Of a DNA stretch of 64,000 nucleotides, positions 29,580-39,668 are shown in pieces (within the stretch, counting starts at the first letter, position 1; every line of letters starts with the position of its first letter). Source of the DNA: a bacterium (GTDB lineage Bacteria > RBG-13-61-14 > DATKZS01); the NCBI GenBank assembly GCA_963674965.2, contig CAXXFL010000007.1, forward strand, positions 288,001 through 352,000, given 5' to 3'. A program made the translations under genes and the position numbers. The notes under the pieces were generated by a model. It was not told where the DNA came from, made no database searches, and saw only the letters and a program-made list of their open reading frames with translations.

Positions 29580-30782
29580 CTAGAAATTTTCCTCCAGGGT
29601 CTTCCTGGCCAGTTCCTGGGCCTTCCGGTTTTCCGGCTCCATGTTCTTAAGAGCGGCGGGATCGGCGTTCACGGCGGTCTCCAGGTACGTCCTGGCTTTT
29701 TCCTTCTCTCCCATGGACAGGTACATCTCGCCCAGGGCGTAATGATTTCTCACGTAGCGAGGCTCGAAGTTGACGGCGAAGTTGGTGTTCCTCACGATCA
29801 ACTCCTCGGGAAAGCCCACCACCGAGAGGGCCTTGCTCATGATCTTGCCCGCCCTCGAGATGGCGAGAGCGAAGTACTGGCTTACGCCCCCGTAGAAATA
29901 AATCGGGTCCTCCTCCATGACCAGCATGAGCTTTTTCGTGATGTCCATGGCGTGGCGGGCCATGGAGAGGGTCGAGGTGTGGCTCGAGTACTGGCCCAGG
30001 CTGGCGGCCGTGAGGTAGTTGGCCGCCGGGTTCCTCGGCTCCAGCTCGATGGCCTTCTCGCCCCATTCGGCGGCCACCAAAAGCCACTCGGTCCTTTTCT
30101 CCTCCACCGGCTCGACGTAGAACATCCAGTAATTTACGCGCATGAGCCAGAGCTTGGGCTCGATCCTATTGGGGTACTTCTTCTCGAGGGCCTCGAAGCC
30201 CGCGATGGCCGCCTTGGACTCCCCAAGGTCCGCGCGAGCGTCCCAATGCCTTATGGCCTCGGCCCAGGCGGGATCGTCGTCCGGCACGACCAACTCGCGC
30301 AGATGGTCGTAGCGCTTTCCCATTTCCCTTATCTCCTTGAACTCCTCCTCCGTGAAGTCACGCACGAAAAGCGTGCCCGTGTTCCTCCAGAACCTGGCGC
30401 AGTCGTTCGCGGGGTCCAACTCCAGGGCCTTGCCGGCGGCCTCCGTCACCAGCTTCATGGTTTCCACCTGTTTCTCGCCGCGCTGCCTCATGCCGATGAT
30501 ATAAAGCGCCCGGGCGCGCCAGACGTGAGACATGGGCTTGTCAGCCTGGTCCCTGGCCAGTTCCTCGAATATGGCCAGGGCCTTCTCGACCTCTTCCGTG
30601 TCTTCGCGCTTGTCCCAGTGGGAGAAGGCCTGGGCCCATCGGGGGTCGTCGTCGGGCCTTGGCATGTTGACGAAGGGGCTGGTAACGGTGATGGTTTGGG
30701 GGTAGGCCGCCCCGGCCTTGGCGCCGAACACAAGGCACGCCGTAATGATAAGGATTGCGACGGTGGCTTTTTTGATTTTCAT
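29580..30782 (-). CDS. Exported TPR-repeat protein with internal duplication
   Basis: Signal peptide, two PDDDPxW...HWD units, TPR motifs (KALELDPAN, KAIELEPRN). Confidence 0.82.
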   Translation of the reverse strand: MKIKKATVAILIITACLVFGAKAGAAYPQTITVTSPFVNMPRPDDDPRWAQAFSHWDKREDTEEVEKALAIFEELARDQADKPMSHVWRARALYIIGMRQRGEKQVETMKLVTEAAGKALELDPANDCARFWRNTGTLFVRDFTEEEFKEIREMGKRYDHLRELVVPDDDPAWAEAIRHWDARADLGESKAAIAGFEALEKKYPNRIEPKLWLMRVNYWMFYVEPVEEKRTEWLLVAAEWGEKAIELEPRNPAANYLTAASLGQYSSHTSTLSMARHAMDITKKLMLVMEEDPIYFYGGVSQYFALAISRAGKIMSKALSVVGFPEELIVRNTNFAVNFEPRYVRNHYALGEMYLSMGEKEKARTYLETAVNADPAALKNMEPENRKAQELARKTLEENF

Positions 30783-30873
30783 ATTTTCCTCCTCTCGTTT
30801 CGGTGTCGTGAAAATTTAACATATGTATAATTTCTTGTCCACCGTTATTTTGTCTTCCTTATATTTTTATCGC

Positions 30874-30902
30874 TTGTTAAACGGCGCGCCCTACATTATA
30901 AT
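30874..30902 (+). promoter_or_regulatory. Putative sigma-70 promoter for the LolCDE-like operon
   Basis: TTGTTA-N17-TATAAT. Confidence 0.6.
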
Positions 30903-30946
30903 CGCGCCCAAACTCGAAACGCACCGCGCGGATGATGGAGATAAAA

Positions 30947-32173
30947 ATGATCACGCTCAAAATCGCCTGGCGAAACGTCACGCGACAAAAAATAAGGACC
31001 GCCCTCACCGTCTCGGCCATCACCCTTTGCACCTTCTCAGTCCTTGCCATGATGGCCTTCGCCCATGGAGGCCATCAGCAGATGATAGTCTCAACCGTTT
31101 CGATCATGACCGGACATTTCCAGGTACAGTCCGAGGGATACCTTGACGACCCGGCTCTTGACAAGGCTTTCGAGCCTCCCAATGGGTTGATAAAAGCACT
31201 GGACGCCTCGGAACAAGTCCAGGGGGTGGCGCCCAGAATTATAAGTGGAGGCTTGATAACGGCGGGTGATAAAACCGCGGGGGCCATGATCGTCGGGGTG
31301 GACCCCGAGCGCGAAATCCAAGCCACTCGTCTTATTGACAGGGTACAAAAGGGCAGGACGTTGAGTCCGGGAGACGATAAATCGGTCGTTCTCGGCAAGA
31401 CCCTGGCCAAAAACCTCGACGTTCAAGTGGGTGATGAAGTCCAGATAATGAGCCAGACCTATTATGGAAGTCTGGGCCTCCGTTTCTACGAGGTCGCGGG
31501 GCTTATATATACCGGCACGCCCGAGTTCGATCAAAACATCGTCGTTATGCCCCTTGCCGAGTTACAGAACTTTCTCGAAATGGACGGGCTCTATTCCGAG
31601 ATATCAGTGGTCCTCCACTCCGAATCGGATAAAAAGGAAGTGATGCAAGTAGCGAAAAGTTACCTCGACCCGAAGGGTTCGCTAATTATCGTGCCATGGG
31701 AGGAACTGCTTGCGGAACTGGTGGACTTCCTGTTCCTGGATAACGCGTTCGGAGTGCTTAATCTTTCCATATTGGTCGTGGTGGTGGCATTTATTGTTCT
31801 TTTAACCATCACCATGTCCGTCATGGAGAGGACCCGGGAGTTCGGAGTCCAGATAGCGATCGGCTCCAGGCCGGGGAGGGTGTTGATAACAATTATTATC
31901 GAATGTTTCTTTATCGGCCTCATTGGCACGGCTCTTGGGATGATCCTGGGGACGGCGTTTACTTATTATTATTCGATTCATCCTTACGTAATGGAGCAGT
32001 ACAAGGAGATATTCGAGATTTTCGGCATGGAGCCGGTGATTAGCGCTAAACTGAACGCTACCATGTTCTGGTCTTGTCCCTTAATAATGATGACGATCAC
32101 TTTACTCTCGGCAATACCCCCCGCCGTTCGGGCCACAAGGATTAAACCCGTGGACGCCATGAGGCACGTGTAA
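30947..32173 (+). CDS. ABC transporter permease, FtsX/LolE/MacB family
   Basis: IAWRN..R.K.RT, periplasmic MacB-type domain, MSVMERTREFG, PVDAMR. Confidence 0.92.
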   Translation: MITLKIAWRNVTRQKIRTALTVSAITLCTFSVLAMMAFAHGGHQQMIVSTVSIMTGHFQVQSEGYLDDPALDKAFEPPNGLIKALDASEQVQGVAPRIISGGLITAGDKTAGAMIVGVDPEREIQATRLIDRVQKGRTLSPGDDKSVVLGKTLAKNLDVQVGDEVQIMSQTYYGSLGLRFYEVAGLIYTGTPEFDQNIVVMPLAELQNFLEMDGLYSEISVVLHSESDKKEVMQVAKSYLDPKGSLIIVPWEELLAELVDFLFLDNAFGVLNLSILVVVVAFIVLLTITMSVMERTREFGVQIAIGSRPGRVLITIIIECFFIGLIGTALGMILGTAFTYYYSIHPYVMEQYKEIFEIFGMEPVISAKLNATMFWSCPLIMMTITLLSAIPPAVRATRIKPVDAMRHV

Positions 32174-32218
32174 AATGATACGGTTAAAGCGAGCGTAAAG
32201 ATTAGTGGAGACTTGCGG

Positions 32219-33445
32219 ATGAATACCATAATTAAAATCGGGTGGCGAAACATCTGGCGGAACGCGAGACGAAGCCTGATAACGATTGGCGCCATCGTCA
32301 CCGGCCTTTGGGGTCTTGTACTCATTTTCGCCGCAAATAACGGCTTCCTGGTGGGCATGGTCGACATGGCCATTCAGGCCGACAGCTCTCATATACAAAT
32401 TCACGCCAAGGGCTATAACGACAACCCCGATATAAATCTGAACATGGAAGAGCCATATAAAATAGCAGAGTTGGCCTCCGGCGCCGAGCACGTCAAAGCC
32501 GTCTCCGTGCGAGGCAAAGTCAGGGCCATGCTCTCAACGGCCCGCGGTTCCTCGGGCGTGACCCTGGTGGGGGTCGATCCGGAAATGGAACCCAAGGTGA
32601 CAACGGTTGCGAAAAGCATCAAAGAGGGTAGGTATTTTAATTCCGATGACGAAAAGGGAGTCATCATCGGTTCCGGCCTCGCCAACAAGCTGAAAACCAA
32701 GCTGGGGCGAAAGGTCGTAATATACGCCAGGGGGGCTGACTCCAATCTAAAACCCGTGGGCGTGAAGGTGATCGGTATTTATGACACCGGCACGGACACG
32801 GTGGATAAATTCATGGCCTTCGTGCCCATTGCATTCTTCCAGGACCAGCTTGTGCTCGGAGATAAAGCGCAAGAGATAGCCCTGAAAATCGACGCCAATG
32901 AAAACCTTGAAGAAGCCAAGGCGGCCTTGGCCGATCTATTCAAGAGCCGCCAAAATATCGAAATCCTGACTTGGAAGGAAATGTTCAAATTCCTGGTGCA
33001 GATCGTCGGCATGGCTGAGATTACAAATTACGTGATGTTGATAATAGTATGCGTTGCGTTGTCATTCGGCATAGCCAACACCATGGTAATGTCGGTCTAC
33101 GAGAGGTTCCGTGAACTCGGGATCATGAAGGCCGTGGGTACCAGCCCGCTTCGTATCTTCTTCATGATACAGGTCGAGGCCATGTCGCTGGCCGTTACCG
33201 GTTTATTCTTGGGCACAATCATCGGGCTGGCCACCTTGTACGTCTGGGACATTTACGGCCTGGACCTGTCCCTCTGGTCCGAGAGTCTCAAGGCCCTGGG
33301 CGTTCCCTCCATAATATATCCCGAGGTTTATTCCCAGGACTGGGTCATGACCTGGGCCGCGGTGCTGGTCATGGCCGTCGGATCGAGCCTTTACCCGGCC
33401 TTCAAGGCGGCCTGGCTGAGGCCGGTCGAGGCCATGCGCATGTGA
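32219..33445 (+). CDS. ABC transporter permease, FtsX/LolE/MacB family
   Basis: WRNIWRNARRS, MSVYERFRELGIMKAVG, PVEAMR. Confidence 0.92.
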   Translation: MNTIIKIGWRNIWRNARRSLITIGAIVTGLWGLVLIFAANNGFLVGMVDMAIQADSSHIQIHAKGYNDNPDINLNMEEPYKIAELASGAEHVKAVSVRGKVRAMLSTARGSSGVTLVGVDPEMEPKVTTVAKSIKEGRYFNSDDEKGVIIGSGLANKLKTKLGRKVVIYARGADSNLKPVGVKVIGIYDTGTDTVDKFMAFVPIAFFQDQLVLGDKAQEIALKIDANENLEEAKAALADLFKSRQNIEILTWKEMFKFLVQIVGMAEITNYVMLIIVCVALSFGIANTMVMSVYERFRELGIMKAVGTSPLRIFFMIQVEAMSLAVTGLFLGTIIGLATLYVWDIYGLDLSLWSESLKALGVPSIIYPEVYSQDWVMTWAAVLVMAVGSSLYPAFKAAWLRPVEAMRM

Positions 33446-33478
33446 CGGCGAACTCGATAGTCAAAGGAGACGTTTTAT

Positions 33479-34189
33479 ATGCCCGGTATAATATGCAAGG
33501 ACCTCGTGAAGGTCTACGTGATCAAGGAAGTGGAAACCCACGCCCTCCGCGGCGTCGACCTCGAGGTCAAAACGGGAGAGTTCACCGCGCTGGCCGGTCC
33601 CTCCGGCTCGGGCAAGACCACCCTCCTTAACATCCTCGGGGGCATCGACTCGCCCACCAGGGGCACCGTCCACATCGACGGCACGGAAATCACGGCGCTC
33701 TCGAGGAGCAAGCTGAGCGACTTGAGACTGAGGCGCTTCGGTTTCGTGTTCCAGGCCTACAACCTGATCCCCGTGCTTTCAGCCCTCGAGAACGTCGAGT
33801 ACGTTCTCCTCCTCCAGGGCGTGGAGCCCAAGGCCAGGAGGGAAAAGGCCAGGAAGATTCTGACCGAGGTGGGCCTGGGCGAGATCATGAACAAGCGGCC
33901 CATCCAGATGAGCGGCGGCCAGCAGCAAAGGGTGGCCGTGGCCAGGGCCATCGTGCACGAGCCCGAGCTGGTGCTGGCCGACGAGCCCACGGCCAACCTG
34001 GACTCGGTCACGGCCGAGAGTCTCCTCGACCTGATGGGGAAGCTAAACGAGGACAAGGGCATAACCTTCCTCTTCTCGACCCACGACCAGCGGGTAATGG
34101 ACCACGCCAAAAGGATCGTCAGGATCAGGGACGGAAAGATCGAGGGCGACGAGGTGAAGGGTCCTTCCAACTCCGCCCCCGTCCACTAG
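33479..34189 (+). CDS. ABC transporter ATP-binding protein, LolD-like
   Basis: GPSGSGKTT, GFVFQAYNL, MSGGQQQRVA, LADEPTANLD, STHD. Confidence 0.95.
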   Translation: MPGIICKDLVKVYVIKEVETHALRGVDLEVKTGEFTALAGPSGSGKTTLLNILGGIDSPTRGTVHIDGTEITALSRSKLSDLRLRRFGFVFQAYNLIPVLSALENVEYVLLLQGVEPKARREKARKILTEVGLGEIMNKRPIQMSGGQQQRVAVARAIVHEPELVLADEPTANLDSVTAESLLDLMGKLNEDKGITFLFSTHDQRVMDHAKRIVRIRDGKIEGDEVKGPSNSAPVH

Positions 34190-34198
34190 GACGCGGCA

Positions 34199-35530
34199 AT
34201 GAATATTATAAGGAGAGGAAAAGGAGCGCCTGGCGCGGCGGGGTTTATCGCCGGCATTTTTCTTTTCACCATGTCACTTTCAGGCGCGGCCCGGGCGGTG
34301 ACCGTGTATGACAAGGACGATTTCCGAATAACTCTTTCCGGGCACTTTCAAAACCTGGCCCAATCCTACGACGACCCTTTCTCGGACCAGCTCGATGATT
34401 ACGGGATTCCCTCGCGCTGGGCCGGCCACGTAAGCAACGACACCGCCAGGACCAGGCTGACCTTCCGGTTCCTTACCGGCGGCATGGTCTCGGCCGAGAC
34501 CAGCCTCGACGCGACGTACACCTTTGGAAGCGTGCTCGACTCGTTCGCCTTCGACCTGACCAAGGACCTTGCGCCGCCCACCTATTTCAACTGGCAATAC
34601 GCCTACGGCGACCCCGAGGACGGTCGTTACGGTACCCTCTCCGTGTACCGCGCCATGGTCACCATCGAGGCCGAGAAGTTCAGGATAGTCCTGGGCAGGC
34701 AAAGGCTCGCCTACGGGACGGCCCTCTTCTGGAGTCCCATCGACGTGTGGAACCCCGTCAGCCCCCTTTCCCTCGAGCCGGAGGAGAAAATCGGGGTGGA
34801 CGGCGTCTCCGCCCTGTGGTGGATAGGCGACGACCTCACCTTGACGGCGCTGGCCGCGGCGGCCGACGACTGGGAAACCGCCCGGGTGGCGGGAAGCGCC
34901 TCCGTCAAGCACGAGAGCTACACCTTCGACTTCCTGGCGGGCAAGCGGGAGGAGGACTACGTTTACGGTTTCGACTTCGTGGGCTACGTGGGCGACGCGG
35001 GGCTCCGAGGCGAGGTCACTTACACCTCGACCCGGGAAAGGGAATCGTTGGCCGCCGGTCTTCCCTACCTGGACCCGGCCACCGCCAGGACGGTGAATAA
35101 CGATTCCCTCCAATACGCCCGCGCCGTGATCGGCATGGACTACGCCTGGGCCAATTCCCTTTACGCGGCGGCCGAGTACTACCACAACGGAGGGCCGCTC
35201 GAGACGGACCAGGCGCTTTTTCTCTCCGACTTCGTCCTGGCCCCGGGAAAAACCATCGCCGGCTATTACGGCTCATCCGGCGTGGACACGGCAAACCGGA
35301 ACTTCGTCGGGGGGATGGTGAGCTACGACCTGGACCCGCTGGTCAAGGGCACGCTCTTCGGCATCCACGATATCGACGGGGGAAGCTGGGTCATCGCTCC
35401 ATCCCTTTTGTGGTCGGCCTCGGACTACCTGACCGTCAGCCTGGGCGGCCAGATTTTCGGCGGAAGCGAGAACGGCGAGTATGGGCTTTCGCCCGACCTG
35501 GCCTGGCTCAAGGCCAGGATAGACTTCTAG
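34199..35530 (+). CDS. Probable outer-membrane beta-barrel protein
   Basis: Signal peptide, amphipathic strands, GRQRLAYG..WSPID motif, C-terminal Phe (LKARIDF). Confidence 0.75.
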   Translation: MNIIRRGKGAPGAAGFIAGIFLFTMSLSGAARAVTVYDKDDFRITLSGHFQNLAQSYDDPFSDQLDDYGIPSRWAGHVSNDTARTRLTFRFLTGGMVSAETSLDATYTFGSVLDSFAFDLTKDLAPPTYFNWQYAYGDPEDGRYGTLSVYRAMVTIEAEKFRIVLGRQRLAYGTALFWSPIDVWNPVSPLSLEPEEKIGVDGVSALWWIGDDLTLTALAAAADDWETARVAGSASVKHESYTFDFLAGKREEDYVYGFDFVGYVGDAGLRGEVTYTSTRERESLAAGLPYLDPATARTVNNDSLQYARAVIGMDYAWANSLYAAAEYYHNGGPLETDQALFLSDFVLAPGKTIAGYYGSSGVDTANRNFVGGMVSYDLDPLVKGTLFGIHDIDGGSWVIAPSLLWSASDYLTVSLGGQIFGGSENGEYGLSPDLAWLKARIDF

Positions 35531-35579
35531 CCCCGACAATGGACGAAAAAATATTCCTCATCGAAAAGGAGACGCTTGC

Positions 35580-36689
35580 ATGACGGATTTATTTACGCCT
35601 GGAAAGATCGGACGCCTTGAGGTTAAAAACCGGATACTTCGATCCGCCACCTGGGAGGGAATGGCGGACAAGGAAGGCAACGTGACGGATGGCCTGATCG
35701 AAAAGATCGCGGCCCTGGCCCGAGGCGAGGTGGGCCTTATAATCCTGGGCCACACGGCCGTGGCCCCCGAGGGAAAAGGGATGCGGGGAATGACCGGCAT
35801 CTATACCGACGCCCAGGCAAAGGGTCACGCTCGGCTGGTCGAGGCGGTCCACGAGGCCGGCGGCGCCGTCAGCGTACAGTTGCAGCACGTGGGCGCCCAG
35901 ACTTCATCCAAGGCCATCGGCGGCCTCCAGCCGGTGGGAGCGTCGGCCGTCGAGCATCCTCTTAATAAAACCATCCCCCGCGAGCTATCGACGGACGAGG
36001 TCAAGGGCCTCATCGATACCTTCGGCCAATGCGCCGGGCGCGCGGCCCGGGCCGGTTACGACGCCATCCAGGTCCACTGCGCCCACGGCTACCTGGCCAA
36101 CCAGTTCATGAGTCCCCGGTTCAACCGCAGGAAGGACGAGTACGCCGCGCCCGAGCGGTTCATCGTCGAGGTGATCGAGGCGGTCAAGGCCAACGCCTGC
36201 GGCGCTCCCGTCCACGTCAAGCTCAACGTGGAGGAGTTCGTGGAGGGATCGGTCACCGAGGAGGTTTCTCTTCCCGCGGCCAGGAAGCTGTCCGAGGCGG
36301 GAGTGGACATGATAGAGGTTAGCTCCGGCTCGCCCGCGGCGGGCAAGCTCATGCCCTCTCGCCTTAAGATCAATCAAACGGAGGATGAGGCTTATTTCCT
36401 TGATTACGCTCGGAAAGTCAAAGCCGAGGTATCCTGCCTTGTGGCCGGCGTCGGCGGTTATCGGTCCGTCGAGGTTATCGATTCGGCTCTCTCGGACGGC
36501 GTGGACTTCGTGTCCATCTCCCGCCCCTTGATCCGAGAGCCGGACCTGGTAAAGCGCTGGAAAGAGGGCGACCGTTCGCGGGCCAAATGTATCTCCTGCA
36601 ACCAGTGCTTTAAATGCGTTCTGGGCGGGTTAGGTCTCGAGTGCTACGTGGACCTTTCGGAGGAAGACAAGGCCCGGCTGGGTCCCTGA
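35580..36689 (+). CDS. NADH:flavin oxidoreductase (Old Yellow Enzyme family)
   Basis: KNRILRSATWE, HCAHGYLANQFMSP, SRPLIREP, CISCNQC. Confidence 0.95.
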   Translation: MTDLFTPGKIGRLEVKNRILRSATWEGMADKEGNVTDGLIEKIAALARGEVGLIILGHTAVAPEGKGMRGMTGIYTDAQAKGHARLVEAVHEAGGAVSVQLQHVGAQTSSKAIGGLQPVGASAVEHPLNKTIPRELSTDEVKGLIDTFGQCAGRAARAGYDAIQVHCAHGYLANQFMSPRFNRRKDEYAAPERFIVEVIEAVKANACGAPVHVKLNVEEFVEGSVTEEVSLPAARKLSEAGVDMIEVSSGSPAAGKLMPSRLKINQTEDEAYFLDYARKVKAEVSCLVAGVGGYRSVEVIDSALSDGVDFVSISRPLIREPDLVKRWKEGDRSRAKCISCNQCFKCVLGGLGLECYVDLSEEDKARLGP

Positions 36690-36697
36690 CCCGGCCC

Positions 36698-37888
36698 TCA
36701 TTCAAACATTGCCGCGTTGGCCAGCTTGTTCCCGAAAACGAGAGGCGCCAGCCATACGGCCTGGGCCGCGTGTCTTGCCGCCGGCGTGGGAAAGCGGCCG
36801 GCCAGGTCGTCGATCCGGTGAGGCGCGTGAGGCTCGTTCTGGTACCAGTAGGCGATGGAGGCGTAGTCCGAGCGGATCGAGTCCAGGGGCCCGTGCCGCC
36901 AGATCATGCGATAGCTTTGGTTGAAGGGAATGGGGTCCTGGAGGTGGAACCGGTAGACGCCGGTCCTGCCGGTCAGGTAGCTCCTTACGTGCACCCCCTC
37001 GTAAATCCCCGAGCGCCGGCCCGAGGCAAAGTAGGCCCCCGCGTTTATATACTCCTCCGTGCCCGTCCCGTGCTGGACCGTCTCGCCGTCGATTACGATC
37101 TCCTCCCATCCCTCGAGGTTGCCCATGCCAAAGCCCTCGGGCTGCATGAGCGAGTTGAAATCCTTGTACCAGAAGTCTGACAGGTTCTGAAGGAAAAGCT
37201 GAAGGCCGACGAACTTTCCTTTTCCCGCCAGATCGGCCACCAAGTGGGGCCGCCCCTCGATGGTCGGGTTGGTCCTTTTCCAGAGGGCGTGGAAATAAAG
37301 GACGTCCTCGGGAAGTTCCGGCGTTTTGTACCAGTTGACCCCGAAGAATATAAGGTCGGCCTTTTTATCCCACCCGTTCTCGATCTCGATCCGGGCCTTC
37401 CTCCGAAAAGGCATGTGGAAGCGGCAGACCATGCCTCCGTTGGCGACGGAAAACGGCATCGAGTCGTACTGGACGTACTTTCCAAAAGGCAGGCCGAAGA
37501 AGTCTCCCAGCGGCGAGAGCACGGAGGGGTTTTCCTCATCGTCCCAGTAAATCCGGAGCACCATTGCCCTGGCGTTATGCCTCGGGACCTTCACGGGAAA
37601 AGTGAAGAATATACGGTTAATGACGCCCGGGCCATCGATCTCGGCTATAGTGTACCTCTCGCCCGGGCCAAGCTCGACGTACTTGCGATTGAAGGTTTGC
37701 TGCCATTCGTTATCCGGTACCCATGAAGGCACGCCGGGATAGCGGTGGTCCCAACTTGTGATCGATCCCCATTCCGAGCGGCTCGGCTCGTATAGATCAT
37801 CCAGTTGCGCCTCGGCCGCCACTGGCGGGACCCATAAAAAAAACAGCGCCAGGGAAAGAGCGGCGAGAGGTTTTACGACTCGATGCAT
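36698..37888 (-). CDS. DUF2961 / glycoside hydrolase family 172-like exported protein
   Basis: GPGVINRI, LRIYWDDEENPSV..PLGDFFG, MPFRRKARI, GTGTEEY, YRFHLQDPI, AYWYQ. Confidence 0.88.
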   Translation of the reverse strand: MHRVVKPLAALSLALFFLWVPPVAAEAQLDDLYEPSRSEWGSITSWDHRYPGVPSWVPDNEWQQTFNRKYVELGPGERYTIAEIDGPGVINRIFFTFPVKVPRHNARAMVLRIYWDDEENPSVLSPLGDFFGLPFGKYVQYDSMPFSVANGGMVCRFHMPFRRKARIEIENGWDKKADLIFFGVNWYKTPELPEDVLYFHALWKRTNPTIEGRPHLVADLAGKGKFVGLQLFLQNLSDFWYKDFNSLMQPEGFGMGNLEGWEEIVIDGETVQHGTGTEEYINAGAYFASGRRSGIYEGVHVRSYLTGRTGVYRFHLQDPIPFNQSYRMIWRHGPLDSIRSDYASIAYWYQNEPHAPHRIDDLAGRFPTPAARHAAQAVWLAPLVFGNKLANAAMFE

Positions 37889-37895
37889 CCCTGGC

Positions 37896-39476
37896 TTATT
37901 TTTTATCCAGTCGGTTGAGCATGGACTCGATATTATCGGCCTCGGAGGTCTCCATTTCCTCGGGGTCGGCCGTGAGGTCGTCGAACATGGCGTCGAATTC
38001 CTCGGTGTCGTCCCTGACCGGGGGCGGCGGAGGCGCGGGCGCGGACGGCGGGTCGGCCAGCCCGTCGAACATGGCGTCTATGTCCTCGTTGTCCTCCTCG
38101 ATGGGCGGCTTGGTCACGGGGTCGGCCGTGGGCGGAGGCTCATCGGGCAGGGGCGGGGCCCAGCTCGAGTCGTCTTCAATGCTTTCCAACTCCGGCGCCG
38201 GACCACCGCCCAGGGAGATGAGAGCGTGGGAGGACGCGGCCTCGAGCTCGACCTCGTCCATCCGGTTGGGAACGGCCGCCAGGTCCGCGGCGTCGGAAGC
38301 CGTTTCCTCCACCGGCTCGATCGACAGCCCCTCAGGAAGGCCCAGGGAAAAGCCGTCGTCTCCCGCCGGGTCGCCGCCCACCACCACCGTTTTACCGGGG
38401 TCCGGAGCGGCGGCCGGCGGCTCCTCCGATGGACCGGCCTGTACCGCTCTCTCCCGGATATTCACGGGAGGAGGAGGGGGAGGGGGGACCATCGCCGTTC
38501 GCTCGCCCGTTTCCTGGTCCGGGAAATCGTCCTCCCGCGGAGGGGCCGGAGGCGGAACTGGAATGGAAGGCGCATGGTCCGGCGGCGGAAGACGCGTCGG
38601 GATTCGGGTCACCTCCGCCGGCTTGCCCGCGTTTTTAGCGGCCCTGGCGGCGGGCTTGGGAATGGGCGCGAGGCCCAGGTCGGTGGCAATGGCCTGGACC
38701 AGGTCGGACTTTATCTTCTTGCTCTTCATAAGGTAGCCCTCGAAGAGGCTGTTGTCGCAGATGGTGTTGATGATGCGAGGTATTCCCCTCGAGTAGTGAT
38801 GTATAAGCCGGCAGGACTCCTTTTCGAAAGGGTTCCCCTGCGAGCCGGCCAGGCGCATGCGATGAGCTATGTAACCGTAAGTGGACTCGAGATTGAATGA
38901 GTCCAGCGTGCATTTCAGGGCCACCCGCTGGGCCAGGGGCTCGTCAAGGTGAAGGTGTTCCTCCAACTCGGGCAGACCGAAAAAAACGAAGGTGATGAGC
39001 TTGGACTCGGGAAGCTCGAGGTTCAATAACCCCCGAAACTCCTCCATGATCTCCTGCGAGTGCAACATCTGGGCCTCGTCTATGAGAACGACGGCCTTCT
39101 TGCCCTTGTCGTGAAGCTCGACCAGGCGGCCGTAAAGCTGGTTCAAGAGTTTGAGCTTCTCAGGCGCCGGGGCCTCGACCCCAAGCTGGCGAGCTATGCG
39201 GGAAAGCAGCCAGTCGGCCGTGATGCCGGAGTGTATTATTACTAAAAGGGCCGACTCGTACTCCTCCTCGGGAAGGTTGTCCAGCATGCGGCGGGCCAGG
39301 GTCGTCTTGCCCGTGCCCAGGTCACCTATCAAGACGGCCAAACCCTTCATCGAGTCCACGGCGTACATAAGTCTTACCAGCGCGCGCTGGTGTTGAGCGC
39401 TGTTGAAGTAAAACCTGCTGATAGGAGCGGAGGAAAATGGCTCCTGCTCGAGTCCGTAGAAATCAAGATAGTCCAA
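37896..39476 (-). CDS. ExeA/GspA-family AAA ATPase with Pro/acidic low-complexity C-terminal tail
   Basis: YLDFYGL..EPF, GDLGTGKTT, LIDEAQ, GIPRIINTICD; AGGAGG RBS before TTG. Confidence 0.9.
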   Translation of the reverse strand: MDYLDFYGLEQEPFSSAPISRFYFNSAQHQRALVRLMYAVDSMKGLAVLIGDLGTGKTTLARRMLDNLPEEEYESALLVIIHSGITADWLLSRIARQLGVEAPAPEKLKLLNQLYGRLVELHDKGKKAVVLIDEAQMLHSQEIMEEFRGLLNLELPESKLITFVFFGLPELEEHLHLDEPLAQRVALKCTLDSFNLESTYGYIAHRMRLAGSQGNPFEKESCRLIHHYSRGIPRIINTICDNSLFEGYLMKSKKIKSDLVQAIATDLGLAPIPKPAARAAKNAGKPAEVTRIPTRLPPPDHAPSIPVPPPAPPREDDFPDQETGERTAMVPPPPPPPVNIRERAVQAGPSEEPPAAAPDPGKTVVVGGDPAGDDGFSLGLPEGLSIEPVEETASDAADLAAVPNRMDEVELEAASSHALISLGGGPAPELESIEDDSSWAPPLPDEPPPTADPVTKPPIEEDNEDIDAMFDGLADPPSAPAPPPPPVRDDTEEFDAMFDDLTADPEEMETSEADNIESMLNRLDKK

Positions 39477-39668
39477 CTGAACCGCCCTCCTTGCCGGTTT
39501 TGGGTCCCAAGGACAAAACTTAACCCTTGCGCCGCGGGACGCTCGGGTCCCGCTCTCTATATATTATAGACCAAAGCTTTTATATTTTTCTATTTTTTCT
39601 TTATTTTGACAAGTTACGCTATTGCTCGACTTGAACGAGACGGCGGTTTGGGACTATCCTCATTATTC

